From: Malacoraja senta
Lineage: Eukaryota
DNA length: 64,000 nucleotides
Assembly (NCBI GenBank): GCA_038087875.1
Contig: CM075979.1
Coordinates: forward strand, 7,688,001-7,752,000
Direction: 5' to 3'
The notes under the pieces: model-generated
Databases searched by the model: none
Told to the model about the DNA's origin: nothing
The model's input: only the letters and a program-made list of their open reading frames with translations
Position numbers and translations under genes: made by a program
In this document: one piece after another, positions 1 through 13,350 of the stretch
Position numbering within the stretch: the first letter of the stretch is position 1
How the letters are laid out: every line of letters starts with the position of its first letter

Positions 1-250
1 CGGGACCAGGCCCAGGCCCAGGCCCACGCGCGCAGGAGGTCGAGGAGCGCGTGCATGGAGCTGGAGGGTAAACCAGCGCGAGACCGGCGGGCGAACCGGG
101 GCCGCGCGCACCCGCAGTCGGAGGAGGGTCCGTGCACGCGCATGGGACTGATGGGTGAAGCGGTGCGCGTCCACCCGCGACCGGGCCGGGGGGGGGGGGA
201 TGGGGGGGGTAGAGAAGAGCGCGTGCGCCCCCGTGTTGTTGGCAGTCCGG

Positions 251-348
251 GCGCGCGGACTGGGCGGTGACGCGCTTGATGGCGGTCGCGCGGACTGGGT
301 GGTGACGCGCTTGGTGGCGGTCGCGCGGACTAGGCGGTGACGCGCTTG
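251..348. repeat. 35-bp GC-rich minisatellite (~2.7 copies) in the CpG island
   Basis: GGACT(G/A)GG(C/T)GGTGACGCGCTTG recurs at 257, 292 and 327. Confidence 0.9.
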
Positions 349-463
349 CTCGCTCGCGGCGACGGTTCGTGCTGAGGCCGCTCGCGTGGCGTCGCTTGTC
401 GCCGGCTGGTCAGTGAGGCGGCGGGACGGAGCTGAGGGGAGCGGGCGGGCGGGGGCCCGGCGG

Positions 464-497
464 CACCACCACCACCACCACCACCACCATCACCACC
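464..497 (+). repeat. (CAC)n trinucleotide repeat directly before the candidate start codon
   Basis: caccaccaccaccaccaccaccaccatcaccaccATG. Confidence 0.9.
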
Positions 498-503
498 ATG
501 AAG
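498..503 (+). CDS. Candidate first coding exon (Met-Lys) of an unidentified gene
   Basis: CACCATG Kozak context, then AAG|GTATGA donor inside the CpG island; phase 0 matches the open exon at 17302. Confidence 0.45.
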
Positions 504-899
504 GTATGAGGGTGAGAGACGGAGGGAAGAGCAGGACAATCCATCCATCCCCCCCACCCCCCCCAATCACCGCGCCCCCCCCCCTCCTCCCACTGGCCCG
601 GCCCGGCCCGGGGGTTGGGGTCCGGCCGCTGCGGGTAGGCCCCAGCATGAACATCGCTTGCTCCCTGGCGCTAAACCCGCCGACCTTGGCGCAGACCACC
701 CCCCCCCCCCCCCAAACACCCCACCTCACTGTCCGGCCGATCTACACGTCCAGGGGAGAGTGTTGTGGATAGACACACAATGCTGGAGTAACTCAGCGGG
801 ACTGGACAGAAGGAATGGGTGACGTTGTGCAGGTGCCCCCCCCCCCCCCCCCCCCGCGCACTGCGGTACTGGGGATGTGCCGCCTTGCCGTAGATGTCC

Positions 900-1140
900 T
901 CTTCTCCCTGCCCGGCCCTGCTCCAGTCCACTCTGGCCTCAGCCCTGCCCACTTCAGCCTCTGTTTTAGCTCATCCCACCTCAGTCCTGCCCTGCCCTGT
1001 CCAGCCCCAGCCTTGCCCTGTCCAGCCCTTCTCGGCCCTGCCCAGCACATCCTTGCCTAGACTTGCCCGGCCCTGCTCTTCTCAGCCCTGCTCGACCCTG
1101 CTCTTCTCAGTCCTGCCCTGCCCAGCCCTGCCCTGCTCCT
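900..1140. repeat. (CCCTG/CAGCC)-like low-complexity repeat
   Basis: Degenerate pentamer repeats such as ccctgccctgcccagccctg. Confidence 0.8.
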
Positions 1141-1466
1141 CAGTTGGACATGACAGATCCCAAGCATAGCACCAAGCTCTGGAGAAACTCAGTGGGTCAG
1201 ACAAACATCCTCTGTCCATCCCCCTCCACAGATGCTGCCAGACTTCCCCCACCACTTTGAGTTTGGCTTCACATTCCATCCTCTGCACTTTTAATGTATC
1301 TCCATGAAAGCAACAAGGTTGTTCATGTTAAAATGTATTGGTTTATTATTGATGGCAAATCTGTGAAAGTAAATCATCTTGGTTCTGTGAGAAGGTAAGT
1401 TAGTACAGGGACAGGTTGAGGTCAATCATTCCAAGTCCTGTTTGCCATTCAGTGAGATAATTGTTG

Positions 1467-4400
1467 AAACATAGAAACATAGAAAATAGGTGCAGGAGTA
1501 GGCCATTCGGCCCTTTGAGCCTGCACCGCCATTCAATATGATCATGGCTGATCATCCAACTCAGTATCCTGTACCTGCCATCTCTCCATACCCCCTGATC
1601 CCTTTAGCCACAAGGGCCACATCTAACTCCCTCTTAAATATAGCCAATGAACTGGCCTCAACTACCTTCTGTGGCAGAGAGTTCCAGAGATTCACCACTC
1701 TCTGTGTGAAAAATGTTTTTCTCATCTCGGTCCTAAAGGATTTCCCCTTAATCCTTAAACTGCGCCCCCTTGTCCTGGACTTCCCCAACATCGGGAACAA
1801 TCTTCCTGCATCTAGCCTGTCCAACCCCTTAAGAATTTTGTACGTTTCTATAAGATCCCCCCTCAATCTTCTAAATTCTAGCGAGTACAAGCCGAGTCTA
1901 TCCAGTCTTTCTTCATATGAAAGTCCTGACATCCCAGGAATCAATCTGGTGAACCTTCTCTGTACTCCCTCTATGGCAAGAATGTCTTTCCTCAGATTTG
2001 GAGACCAAAACTGTACGCAATACTCCAGGTGTGGTCTCACCAAGACCCTGTACAACTGCAGTAGAACCTCCCTGCCCCTATACTCAAATCCTTTTGCTAT
2101 GAATGCTAACATACCATTCGCTTTCTTCACTGCCTGCTGCACCTGCATGCCTACTTTCAATGACTGGTTTACCATGACACCCAGGTCTCGTTGCATCTCC
2201 CCTTTTCCTAATCGGCCACCATTTAGATAATAGTCTACTTCCTGTTTTTGCCACCAAAGTGGATAACCTCACATTTATCCACATTATACTGCATCTGCCG
2301 TGCATTTGCCCACTCACCCAGCCTATCCAAGTCACCTTGCAGCCTCCTAGCATCCTCCTCACAGCTAACACTGCCCCCCAGCTTCGTGTCATCCGCAAAC
2401 TTGGAGATGTTTGCATTCAATTCCCTCGTCCAAATCATTAATATATATTGTAAATAGCTGGGGTCCCAGCACTGAGCCTTGTGGTACCCCACTAGTCACT
2501 GCCTGCCATTCTGAAAAGGACCCGTTTACTCCTACTCTTTGCTTCCTGTTTGCCAGCCAGTTCTCTATCCACATCAATACTGAACCCCCAATACCGTGTG
2601 CTTTAAGTTTGTATACTAATCTCTTATGTGGGACCTTGTCGAAAGCCTTCTGAAAGTCCAGATATAACACATCCACTGGTTCTCCCTTATCCACTCTACT
2701 AGTTACATCCTCGACAAATTCTATAAGATTCGTCAGACATGATTTACCTTTCGTAAATCCATGCTGACTTTGTCCAATGATTTCACCACTTTCCAAATGT
2801 GCTGCTATCCCATCTTTAATAACTGACTCTAGCAGTTTCCCCACTACCGATGTTAGACTAACTGGTCTGTAATTCCCCGTTTTCTCTCTCCCTTTTTAAA
2901 AAGGGGGGTTACATTAGCTACCCTCCAATCCTCAGGAACTACTCCAGAATGTAAGGAGTTTTGAAAAATTATCACTAATGCATCCACTATTTCTGGGGCT
3001 ACTTCCTTAAGTACTCTAGGATGCAGCCTATCTGGCCCTGGGGATTTATCGGCCTTTAATCCATTCAATTTACCTAACACCACTTCCCGGCTAACCTGGA
3101 TTTCACTCAGTTCCTCTATCTCATTTGCTATTTCCTGCTATTCACCTGCTATTTCCGACAGATTATTTATGTCTTCCTTAGTGAAGACAGAACCAAAGTA
3201 GTTATTCAATTGGTCTGCCATGTCCTTGTTCCCCATGATCAATTCACCTGTTTCTGACTGCAAGGGACCTACATTTGTTTTAACTAATCTCTTTCCCTTC
3301 ACATATCTATAAAAACTTTTGCAGTCAGTTTTTATGTTCCCTGCCAGTTTTCTTTCATAATCTATTTTCCCTTTCCTAATTAAGCCCAATTGTCCTCCTC
3401 TGCTGGACTCTGAATTTCTCCCAGTCCTCTGGTAGGCTGCTTTTTCTGGCTAATTTGTACGCTTCATCTTTTAAACATAGAAACATAGAAATTAGGTGCA
3501 GGAGTAGGCCATTCGGCCCTTCGAGCCTGCACCGCCATTCAATATGATCATGGCTGATCATCCAACTCAGTATCCCGTACCTGCCTTCTCTCCATACCCT
3601 CTGATCCCTTTAGCCACAAGGGCCACATCTAGCTCCCTCTTAAATATAGCCAATGAACTGGCCTCGACTACCCTCTGTGGCAGAGAATTCCAGAGATTCA
3701 CCACTCTCTGTGTGAAAAAAGTTCTTCTCATCTCGGTTTTAAAGGATTTCCCCCTTATCCTTAAGCTGTGACCCCTTGTCCTGGACTTCCCCAACATCGG
3801 GAGCAATCTTCCTGCATCTAGCCTGTCCAACCCCTTAAGAATTTTGTAAGTTTCTATAAGATCCCCTCTCAATCTCCTAAATTCTAGAGAGTATAAACCA
3901 AGTCTATCCAGTCTTTCTTCATAAGACAGTCCTGACATCCCAGGAATCAGTCTGGTGAACCTTCTCTGCACTCCCTCTATGGCAATAATGTCCTTCCTCA
4001 GATTTGGAGACCAAAACTGTACACAATACTCCAGGTGTGGTCTCACCAAGACCCTGTACAACTGCAGTAGAACCTCCCTGCTCCTATACTCAAATCCTTT
4101 TGTTTTGATACTATCCCTGATTTCCCTTGTTATCCACGGATGCACTACCTTCCCTGATTTATTCTTTTGCCAAACTGGGATGAACAATTTTTGTTGTTCA
4201 TCCATGCAGTCTTTAAATGCCTTCCATTGCATATCCACCGTCAACCCTTTAAGAATCAATTGCCAGTCAATCTTGGCCAATTCACGTTTCATACCCTCAA
4301 AGTTACCTTTCTTTAAGTTCTGAACCCTTGTTTCTGAATTAACAATGTCACTCTCCATCCTAATGAAGAACTCAACCCATATTATGGTCACTCTTGCCCA

Positions 4401-4778
4401 AGGGGCCACGCACAACAAGACTGCTAACTAACCCTTCCTCATTACTCAATACCCAGTCTAGAATAGCCTGCTCTCTCGTTGGTTCCTCTACATGTTGGTT
4501 TAGAAAACTATCCCGCATACATTCCAAGAAATCCTCTTCCTCAGCACCCCTGCCAATTTGATTCACCCAATCTATATGTAGATTGAAGTCACCCATTATA
4601 ACTGTTTTACTTTTGTTGCACGCATTTCTAATTTCCTGTTTGATGCCATCCCCAACTCCACTACTACTGTTAGGTGGCCTGTACACAACACCCACTAGCG
4701 TTTTCTGCCCCTTAGTGTTTCATAGCTCTACCCATATCGATTCCACATCCTCCAAGCTAATATCCTTCCTTTCCATTG
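1467..4778 (-). mobile_element. CR1 LINE, 5'-truncated ORF2 (endonuclease C-term, RT, C-terminal domain, 3' tail), interrupted by a nested CR1
   Basis: Minus-strand ORFs with GVVYRPP/IMGDFN/SDHN (APE endonuclease), [28 protein letters not shown] (RT), RPHLEYCVQFWSP; (TTTCTATG)n tail at ~1467-1485; a few frameshifts. Confidence 0.95.
3473..4100 (-). mobile_element. Short CR1 3' fragment nested in a CR1 of the same family
   Basis: Own (TTTCTATG)n tail at 3473 and near-identical to 1467-2095; host sequence resumes at ~4101 (uninterrupted version at 38401-38445). Confidence 0.9.
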
Positions 4779-4829
4779 AGGCAGTCTTCGCAATTTCCTG
4801 ATTTGTCCCCACAAGTCACACCTATGAAG

Positions 4830-5850
4830 TAGATTAATTCTCTTGTCAATCTCTGATTTGAATATATTAAAAGTCTCTGCCCTTACAGCTCTCAGGTCCA
4901 GAGAATTCCAAAAAGTCGCAACACTCCAAGAGAAGAAACTCTTCCTCATCTCTGTCTTAAATTGGTTTTCATTGAAGCTATGCTTCCTAGTTCCAGTAAC
5001 AGTCAACAGGAAAAACATATTCTCAGCATCTACCATGTCAGTCTTCCTCTACACAATACATGACAACTTGTTCAACTTTTCCTCATGCCAAAGGAGGAAA
5101 TTGAAGCAGGTACAAAAATGACATTTAAAAGAGATTTGGTCAGGATCATTGATAAGAAAGGTTTAGAGGGGTATGGACCAAATATAGGTAAAAGAGACTA
5201 GCTTAGATTGGGTATCATGCTCAGCATGGATGAGTTGGGTCAAAGGGCATGTTTCCATGCCCTGTGGAAGTGTGTCCTTCCGTGATCATGGAGACCACAA
5301 ACATGTGCAATATTCCTGGTTTAATCTCACCAACGCTGTAAAATTACATCAAAACCTCTGATGTTTATACTCTGGATACCTTGCAGTAGAAGCAATATTT
5401 CATTAGCTTTCCTAACTGCTAGTTCTACCTGCTTGCTAACCTTTCATGTATTTGATCTTCAGATTCCGTTCTGTAATATGTTGTGGTCCCAGTTAGTTAA
5501 ATAATAATTTTCTATTTTCTTATTTTGAAATGGATAACCTTGCATCTTCTACATTATGCATTATCCTCTACCCACTCACTTAACGTATCTGTGTTTAGTC
5601 GCAGGCTCTCTGTCTCCTAACCTGCCTATCTTTGTACCATCATCAAATTTGACTACAGTATATTTGGCCCTTTCTTCTAAATGAACAGTTCAGTGTAAAA
5701 ATAGTTGTGGCCCCAGCACTGATCACTGTGGCACCCCATGAATTGACCAATTATTCCAGACTATGATTTCTCTTAGTTAGCTAGTCCCTATCCATGCCAA
5801 TATGTAACCTCCAATCCCTAAATGCTGTTATCTTGTACCACATTTTTGTA
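4830..5850. mobile_element. Cluster of older, decayed CR1-like fragments
   Basis: ORF 4728..5036 retains FKTEMRKSFF..FWNSL; degenerate RT-region DNA (ggccccagcactgatcactgtggcacccca) near 5710. Confidence 0.6.
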
Positions 5851-5949
5851 TTGACAAAAAGGCAGGTAAATTGGGCCTGTGCAGATGCCCATGGCTCCTC
5901 TCTGTCATATTTTGCTTGGGTAGCTGACTACCAACCCAATGGTATGAAT

Positions 5950-6285
5950 TAAATTCTCCAATTTTTGATACCTACCTCCTCCTTCTTTCCGCCACCCTCT
6001 TCCCCTCTCCCCTGTCCCGCACCAGTACTCACGCCTGTTCCGCAATTCCCCAATCCTTTTGTCTTACACCTTCTGTCTTTCCATCCCTGGTCTTTGGCTA
6101 ACATTCTGCCAATCAAACTCTCCCCACGATCAATTACCAGGTTTTATCCTGCTCCTTCTCTCATCCTGATTTCTTCCCCCATCCCCTCGACCAGACTGAA
6201 GAAGGCTCGAAATATCACCTATCCATGTTCTCAGATGCTGTCTGACTGGCTGAGTTACTCCAGCACTTTGTGTTTTATTTTGTAA
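5950..6285 (+). mobile_element. Decayed Penelope-derived terminal repeat
   Basis: ctgaagaagg..cgaaa, then agatgctg..gctgagttactccagcactttgtgt, as in the tails at 11927 and 26464. Confidence 0.6.
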
Positions 6286-8744
6286 ACTTACATCATCATC
6301 AAATTTGGCCACAGTACATTTGGCCCTTTTATACAAATCAAGTCAGTGTAGAAATAGTTGAGGCACCAGCACTGATCACTGTGGCACCCCATGAATGACT
6401 GATTATCAATCTGAACATGACCTATTTTTCCAGACTACGATTTCTCTTAGCGAGCCTCTGTTATCCATGCCGTTTATTTAACCTCCAAGCCCCGTAGGCT
6501 ATTATCTTGTATAGTAACCTTTTATGTGCCGCTTCATTGGGGTTGAGAGGGAAAGATAGATCAGCCACGATTAAATGGCAGGGTATAGTTGATGGGCTAA
6601 ATGGCCTAATTCTGCTATTATAACATGAACATTGAGCACTTTTTGGAGATTGAAATGAACTATCTCTGCAGGTGTCAAATAGTGAAATGTTACAGACACC
6701 CAATATTTCTTGACAAAAAGTAAAATCCTGCAAAGACAAAGCAAAACTAAGCAATGATGGTGCACAGCAGGTCAGCATGCATCTGTGGAGGGAGGAACTG
6801 ACTTGGAGTAATATGCTTACACTGTGTGCAACATTCATGATTTTTGTTAAATATCCTGATATCACTGCAATGCAAGATGAGATTTATGAAAGGACGTTGC
6901 GTTTATCTCTATCTCAAAAGTAGTTAACATTCAAATACAATTAATTGTAATGTGCTTCAACTAATATGATGAAGATTTTAAGAAGCATAATTAAATTCTG
7001 CAGAATTATATACCAAGCCAAACTCAAATTAATTTATGCTTTGTTAGAATCATGGTTTAAAAACGCTTACAATTACTGAGACAATGTCCTAACTTTCAAA
7101 AGGCCATTGTTGCAGAAAACATTTCATTAGTATGTTATGATCAGTCAGGGCAATTCACCTTATAAGAAAGGAATATACCCATGAATTGTCCAATCCTACA
7201 GGAGAAATCCTTGACGCTCCATTATACTTTGGATTGAGGTTCAAAATTGGAAGCTTTCTTGGATAATGAAATAAGTATAAAAAGTGACATAACTTTCCAA
7301 CTACAGAGTGAAATACCAGCTAGCTGTTTATAAATGTAATTGAAAGAATAGTGAAGAATATTTGACTTGCAGGTGCATTACAAAGAAGATTTTGCTCCAT
7401 AAGATGTTTGTCACAATGCCAAGTTAAAAAAATACCAAGCATCTCAGTCTTGGAATAATCAATGCCAGTGGTATGTGCAAATCTCAGTCAATGATGGTGA
7501 AATCTTTGTGTATTAATATTTGATTGTTAACATCAATAAATGTAATCCTCCGGTATCAACCTATTTCCAAAATGCTTTGTAAGAACTTAAGAAATAGGAG
7601 GAAAATTGGCCAAATAGTCCATCAATCCAATTTCACCATTCAGTATGTTATTTTTTATATTGACTCAATTTTCTTAACTCTTCCATTTTGTAACATGAAC
7701 CATTTTTCCAAGCAGTACAACTCCTATATCTAATCCATTCTCTTTGTTGATATTACTATTGTCAAGGTACGGTTTATCAATAAAAGAGTTTTTGTGCTAG
7801 TTATACAACGTGTACACTACCAAATGGGGAAGCAGGAAACTAGAATTATGGAGACACAAGAAAATGTAGATGCTGGAATCTGGAACAAGTGCTGTAGTAG
7901 GTTAGGCAGCATCTGTGGAGGGAATGGACAGATGGTATTTTGGTTGGGAGTGGTGGGAGTCTTGAAGTGGTGTCCTGACCCAAAATGTTAGTTGTCCATT
8001 CCCTCCACAGATGCTGCCTGACCCTCTGAATTACTCCAGCAATTTGTGTTTAGCTGTAGGTTTATTGTTGTCCAGAAGAAGGTCACACAATACTTTGCGG
8101 CTGTTACATCTGTGAAAGAGCTTGAATTTCAAGCTGTGACTTCAATTAATCTGCCCAAAGGATGGAGAATGATAAAAGCTAACCTTGAGCAACATTACAA
8201 CTTCTGTCCAATGATTTAAACATCAAAAACTGTTCCTAATAGTAGCACGGGCACCAGCTGTGTTGGAATGAAGGTTTTCTGGTTGCTGCCCAGGGTGATA
8301 CAACCTAACCGCATTTAATTTAACAGGAAAAGGTACTGGCACCATGGGTTTTGATATATTTTATGCAACATTGATATTTGGAAAAACAGGATGAGCATAC
8401 TCCCAACAGGCATGATACTCAAGAGTCCAGACTGTTGAATTGTCATATGTACCGACAACAGAACATTGACATTCTTACTTTCAGCAGCTTTACAGTCCCT
8501 TAAACACAATAGATACAGATACATTTTCAAAAATTAAATATATCAACAACCGTAATACTTGTGCAAAAAGACCCAAAGTCTAGTAGCTGCCATGCTCACG
8601 TGATCATTTGATCACCTGAAGCTCTGTTCCTAAGTTCAATAAATTTTAGGAAATATATTGTTATTCATGAGTACTTTCAGCAATTTAAGCTGCACAGTTA
8701 GTTCTGATATATATCGGATATAACAGTACTGATTAATTAAGGAA

Positions 8745-10229
8745 CATTATTTCAACCAGTCTCTGGCCCAGTCCACTGTCCCATCCTGTCTGAAGTCCTC
8801 CACCATAGTCCCCTTGCCCCAAAAACCCCACATTTCCAGCCTCCATGACTACCGGCCAGTCGCACTCACACCAGTGGTGATGAAGTGCTTTGGAAAAACT
8901 GATCCGGGGTCACATCACATCACTCCTGCCCCGAAGCTTTGACCCCCACCAGTTTGCGTATAGAGCGAACAGATCCACAGAGGACGCTGTAGCCACAGCC
9001 CTCCATGCTGCACTGTCCCATCTGGAGCAGCGGGGGAGCTACGTGCGGATGCTCTTTGTGGACTACAGCTCTGCTTTTAACACCATCCTTCCCCACAAAC
9101 TGGGGAACCTGGGACTTCCACACTCCACCTGCATGTGGATAAAGAGCTTCCTGTCGGGTCGCAGTCAGAGAGTCAGAGTGGGCCATCACACATCCACGGC
9201 CCTCAGCCTCACTACCGGCTCTCCACAGGGCTGCGTGCTGAGCCCCCTGCTTTACACCATCTACACATATGACTGCACCCCCGCCCACCACAGTAACACC
9301 ATTGTCAAATTCGCGGATGACACCACGGTGGTGGGGCTCATCTCTGGGGGGGATGAGTACGCCTACAGGGATGAGGTGGAGCATCTGACAGGGTGGTGTG
9401 AAGAGAATAACCTGCTCAACACCTCAAAGACCAAGGAGCTCATAATAGATTACAGGAAGAAGAAAACGGACATTACACCACTAATCATCAGAGGGGACTG
9501 TGTGGAGAGGGTGGCGGATTTCCGCTTCCTGGGAATCCACATTGAGGAGGACCTGATATGGAGCGTGAACACCTCTGCGCTGCTGAAAATGGTCCAGCAG
9601 AGACTGTACTTCCTGAGGGTGCTCAGGAAGAACAACATCACCCAGAGACTGCTGCTTTCCTTTTATCGGTGCTCAATAGAGAGCATCTTAACATACTGTG
9701 TATGCGTGTGGTACACCAGCTGCACAGCGGCTAAGAGGAAAGCGCTCCAGAGGGCTATTGACAACGCCCAGAAGATTGTCGGCTGCCCTCTCATCACCTT
9801 GGAGGACTTACACAGTTCCCACTGTTTCAAAAAATCCCAGAACATCATAAAGGACATTTTCCACCCCGGACACTCCCTGTTTGAACTGTTGCCGTCAGGC
9901 AGACGGTACAGATCAATGAGGACAAGGACAAAGACTCAAAAACAGTTTTTATCCCACAGCAATAACTACACTTAATGTAACCACCAAATGAGCGCAGGTG
10001 CGCTACATACCAAAGGGATTGTGAAATCGACAGAAGAATGTATGGTTGTGTGTTTATGCTTGTTTTTTTTCATGTTATTTATTTTAGTTGTTTATTTTAG
10101 ACATTTCTCTTTTACATATAGTTAGCTTTTAGATAATGTGTGAATGGTGCACTGACTGGTTGGCATTTTTAATTTTGTTGTACATGTATACATGTTATAA
10201 TGACAATAAAGTATTCATTCATTCATTCA
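8745..10229 (+). mobile_element. Rex1/Babar-type LINE, 5'-truncated, with RT ORF 8890-9975
   Basis: DPHQFAYRANRSTEDA, FVDYSSAFNTI, PQGCVLSPLLY, KFADDTTVVGLI, LLPSGRRYRS motifs; AATAAA plus (TTCA)n tail at ~10206-10229. Confidence 0.92.
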
Positions 10230-10590
10230 TTATGCTATGAATTGGTTATAACGCAATTTTGATTGGGAACTGGAGAACCACGCCAAAATTACTTGAAAAT
10301 TGATATGCAGAAATAATAACTGTCTCGATCTTAAAGAAAAGTCTAAGTAAAAGAACACTGGTTCCAGGTAACCGCCCTGCAGTAATCGGACACCATTGTC
10401 TCTTAAGAATGCAGGCTTCTCGTTCAAGTTGGTTAGAAATTGAAATTGACAAGCAATTGCTTCTAGTAACACTTGTGCAAAGATACTTACCTTGCTGTAA
10501 CAAAAATAACATTTTTGTTATAGCAAGGTAACAACAGTCTTCAGATACTTACCTTGCTGTAACAAAAATAACATTTATCATTGCTCGTTA
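10230..10590. repeat. Unclassified interspersed repeat (probably MITE-like); second copy at ~58385-58660
   Basis: Shared core gcagtaat(c/t)ggacac..tgtctctt..aagaa..caggct..gaaattgacaagca(a/g)ttgcttc in both copies; internal duplication at 10481/10543. Confidence 0.6.
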
Positions 10591-11578
10591 TGAAACAAAA
10601 TGAAATTAAACCTCAAATTAATTTTGTTTGAAACCAATGATGATTTTCTGAGTCATGAGATTAATGACCATGTCCTAATTCCATTCATTATTTAAAGGCA
10701 GGTTACAATATTTTAGCAAGTTGTGCAATTGACATGTTGGGGTTTAATTATGCCTTTTGTTGCTGGCAGAAGAAGTGCAATGTTCTCCAGTTTATGGAGA
10801 CATCCTACTAGCTGAACCACATCAGAAATACCTTCAAGATTCAAGAGAGTTTATTGTCTTGCACATCTCGTCAGGGATTGCAGAGGAATCATTGGCTGCT
10901 ACTACAAAAGCTGCTGTGTCACACACCATCCTGATTTGGAAGTGTATTATTTTTCCTTCATCACTGGTTCAAGCTTCTGGAACAACCTGCCTTAATATTA
11001 AGGGAATATTGCTGTATGAGATGCTGCTGTTCAAGAAAGCCATTCACCAGATTCTCAAGAGCAGGAAAGAATGGCCGTTTGGTGCTCATCATTATCGTTG
11101 AAAACATTAGCGACGCAGTGGTGCTGGTTTCCGACGGGCACGGTGACGGACGCACCACACATCTCTGTCCTCCATGCATCTGGCAAACTCCTCTTTTGTC
11201 TCTACACATGTCAGGGCTCTCGCTTAACTTTTTTTCCCTGTTGCCAGCCGGGCAACCTCGGCAGCTTTTTAGGTTGCGAAATGACAGTTTAGGTGGTCAT
11301 TTAAGACGGCTTGCATGACGTGTGCGATAATGTGCTCGGACGAAGTGCGTAGTTATCAGTCGGAATTATGCTCAATGAAGTATTCACATATTATTTCTGC
11401 TTCAAATATAGTCACAAACTTAACATATTCACCAATCAAGACATGATATATACCACAATGACATGCAGCAAAATTATAATACAGTATCTCAACTCTTTTT
11501 ACACATTGCAATTAATGCAATTTCTATTTCTTTCCACTTCCAAACAAAAATATGGTTATTCAGCGTATGATCAACCTC

Positions 11579-12018
11579 GGTGAGACCAAGCGCAGGCTTG
11601 GCGATCGCTTCGCACAACACCTCCATTCGCAATAACCAACCTGATTTCCTGGTGGCTCAGCACTTCAACTCCCCCTCCCATTCCGAATCCGACCTTTCTG
11701 TCCTGGGCCTCCTCCATGGCCAGAGTGAGGCCCACCGCAAATTGGAGGAACAGCACTTCATATTTTGCTTGGGTAGTTTACACCCCAGCGGTATGAACAT
11801 TGGCTTCTCCAATTTCAGGTGGTCCTTGTTTCTCCCTCCCTCCCCTCCCATTCCCAGCTCTCCCACAGCCTACTGTCTCCGCCTCTTCCTTTCTTTTTCC
11901 CGCCCCCCACCCCTCCCGATATCAGTCTGAAGAAGGGTCTCGACCCGAAACGTCGTCTATTTCCTTTGCTCAATAGATGCCTCACCTGCTGAGTTTCTCC
12001 AGCATTTATGTCTACCCA
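11579..12018 (+). mobile_element. Penelope-like element 3' fragment (GIY-YIG C-term plus terminal repeat)
   Basis: Encodes VAQHFNSPSHS..RKLEEQHFIFCLGSLHPSGMN; closely similar to 26120-26558. Confidence 0.88.
11927..11954 (+). ncRNA. Minimal type I hammerhead ribozyme-like core in a Penelope tail
   Basis: CTGAAGA-A-GGGTCTCGACCC(stem II)-GAAA-CG-TC; stem I pairing is weak. Confidence 0.5.
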
Positions 12019-12020
12019 TT

Positions 12021-12242
12021 CACACAAGTTCTGTTATCCCACTTTTCTCACCCACTCCCTGCACATTAGGGGCAATTTTATAGAGACAAGTTAACCTACA
12101 AAGCCAATGCGTCTTTGGGATGTGGGAGGAAACCCACATGCTTGCAGGGAGAATGTGTAAATTCAACACAAACAGTGCCCGAGAACAGGATCGAACGCAG
12201 ATCTCTGGCGTGTGAGGCAGCAAGTCCACCAGCTGTGCCACT
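12021..12242 (-). mobile_element. HE1-type tRNA-derived SINE (decayed)
   Basis: Minus strand reads GTGGCACAGCTGGTGGACTTGCTGCCTCAC..GTTCGATCCTG (A/B boxes) followed by the HE1-like core. Confidence 0.7.
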
Positions 12243-13225
12243 ATATTTTATTTTCCAACACACAAAAAATTATACGATGATAACTTTGGTTACTAAAAAA
12301 AAAGAAACTATCATTTTCAGTCTTCAATCTCTAAGTGACGCTATGTCCCCCTTTACAGCTACTGTATGTTTTAATTCAGTTCAACGCTATTGGGGCAGTA
12401 CATTGGCCATAAATTTGCTGCCTAAAATTGCCAGAGACCCGGAATTGATCCTGAATATCGGTGCTGTCTATGGAGTTTTTTCTCGTTTATTATGTTTACA
12501 TATTCTGTTGTGCTGCTGCAAGTAAGGATTTCATTGTTCTAACTGGGACGTGAGAGAATAAAACACTCTTGACTTACGTTGCTGATGTGTGGGATAGAAC
12601 TAGAGTACGGGTGATCGGTGGTCGGCGTGGACTCGGTGGGCCGAAGGGCCTGTTTCCACACTATCTTTAAATTAAACTAAAAACACTAAAACCAGAGGAA
12701 ATGTTAAGAAGGGTTTCTACCCGAAACGTCACCCAATTTTTTTCTATCCAGAGATACTGGCTGCTCCATGAGTTCCCCCGCACAATTAAAGCATGGAATA
12801 GTCTTCACCCTACCATAGGTACCAACCAGACGCAACTAAATTTGTGGTCGCAATGAAATTCTTGCTTGCTGCAGCACAACAGAATATGTAAACATAATAC
12901 AGAACAGGAGATAAAAGTTCAGTGTGTCTATATACTATAGACCATATATATACACAATAAATAAACAGATAAAATGCAATAGGCTGTTATTTTTCAGAGT
13001 TTGGTGGTGGTGGGTCCACCAGTTTAAATTCCATTTTGAATATTTTTGGAGGACCTGGAAACCAAGAAGCAAGAGTTACTCCAGGTGAGGCAGCGACCGG
13101 ACAGCAATGATGGCCAGAACTCCCACAATGCAAAGGGAGGGAGAAAGTGGCCGACGCCGCCCAGTTGCCATGGCAGTGCGCATGTGCAGGGCCACGGCAG
13201 ATGATGTGCTCGGCGGCTGGCCGTG

Positions 13226-13350
13226 CCGAGCGGAGACCCGAGAGCCGAGCGGAGACCCGAGAGCCGAGCGGAGACCCGAGAGCCGAGCCGAGAGCCTAGC
13301 GCTGATCGGAGAGCCTAGCGCCGAGCCGAGAGCTAGCGCCGAGCCGAGAC
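13226..13350. repeat. 19-bp GC-rich tandem repeat inside transposon copy 1
   Basis: GCCGAGCGGAGACCCGAGA x3 plus degenerate units. Confidence 0.85.

Larger units (their letters stand above)
1..760. promoter_or_regulatory. CpG island / probable promoter and 5' UTR of a + strand gene
   Basis: Very high GC and CpG density confined to the first ~760 bp, with GC boxes (GGGCGG), dropping to an AT-rich background afterwards; contains a Kozak-context ATG followed by a splice donor. Confidence 0.75.

Noticed and set aside
386-772. 128-aa ORF with a poly-His tract
   Set aside because: Non-ATG start and low-complexity GC-rich sequence; better explained as the (CAC)n repeat in a 5' UTR, with the real ATG in another frame followed by a splice donor
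1538-2230. 230-aa + strand ORF (similar ones at 3544 and 37275)
   Set aside because: Antisense shadow frame of CR1 ORF2
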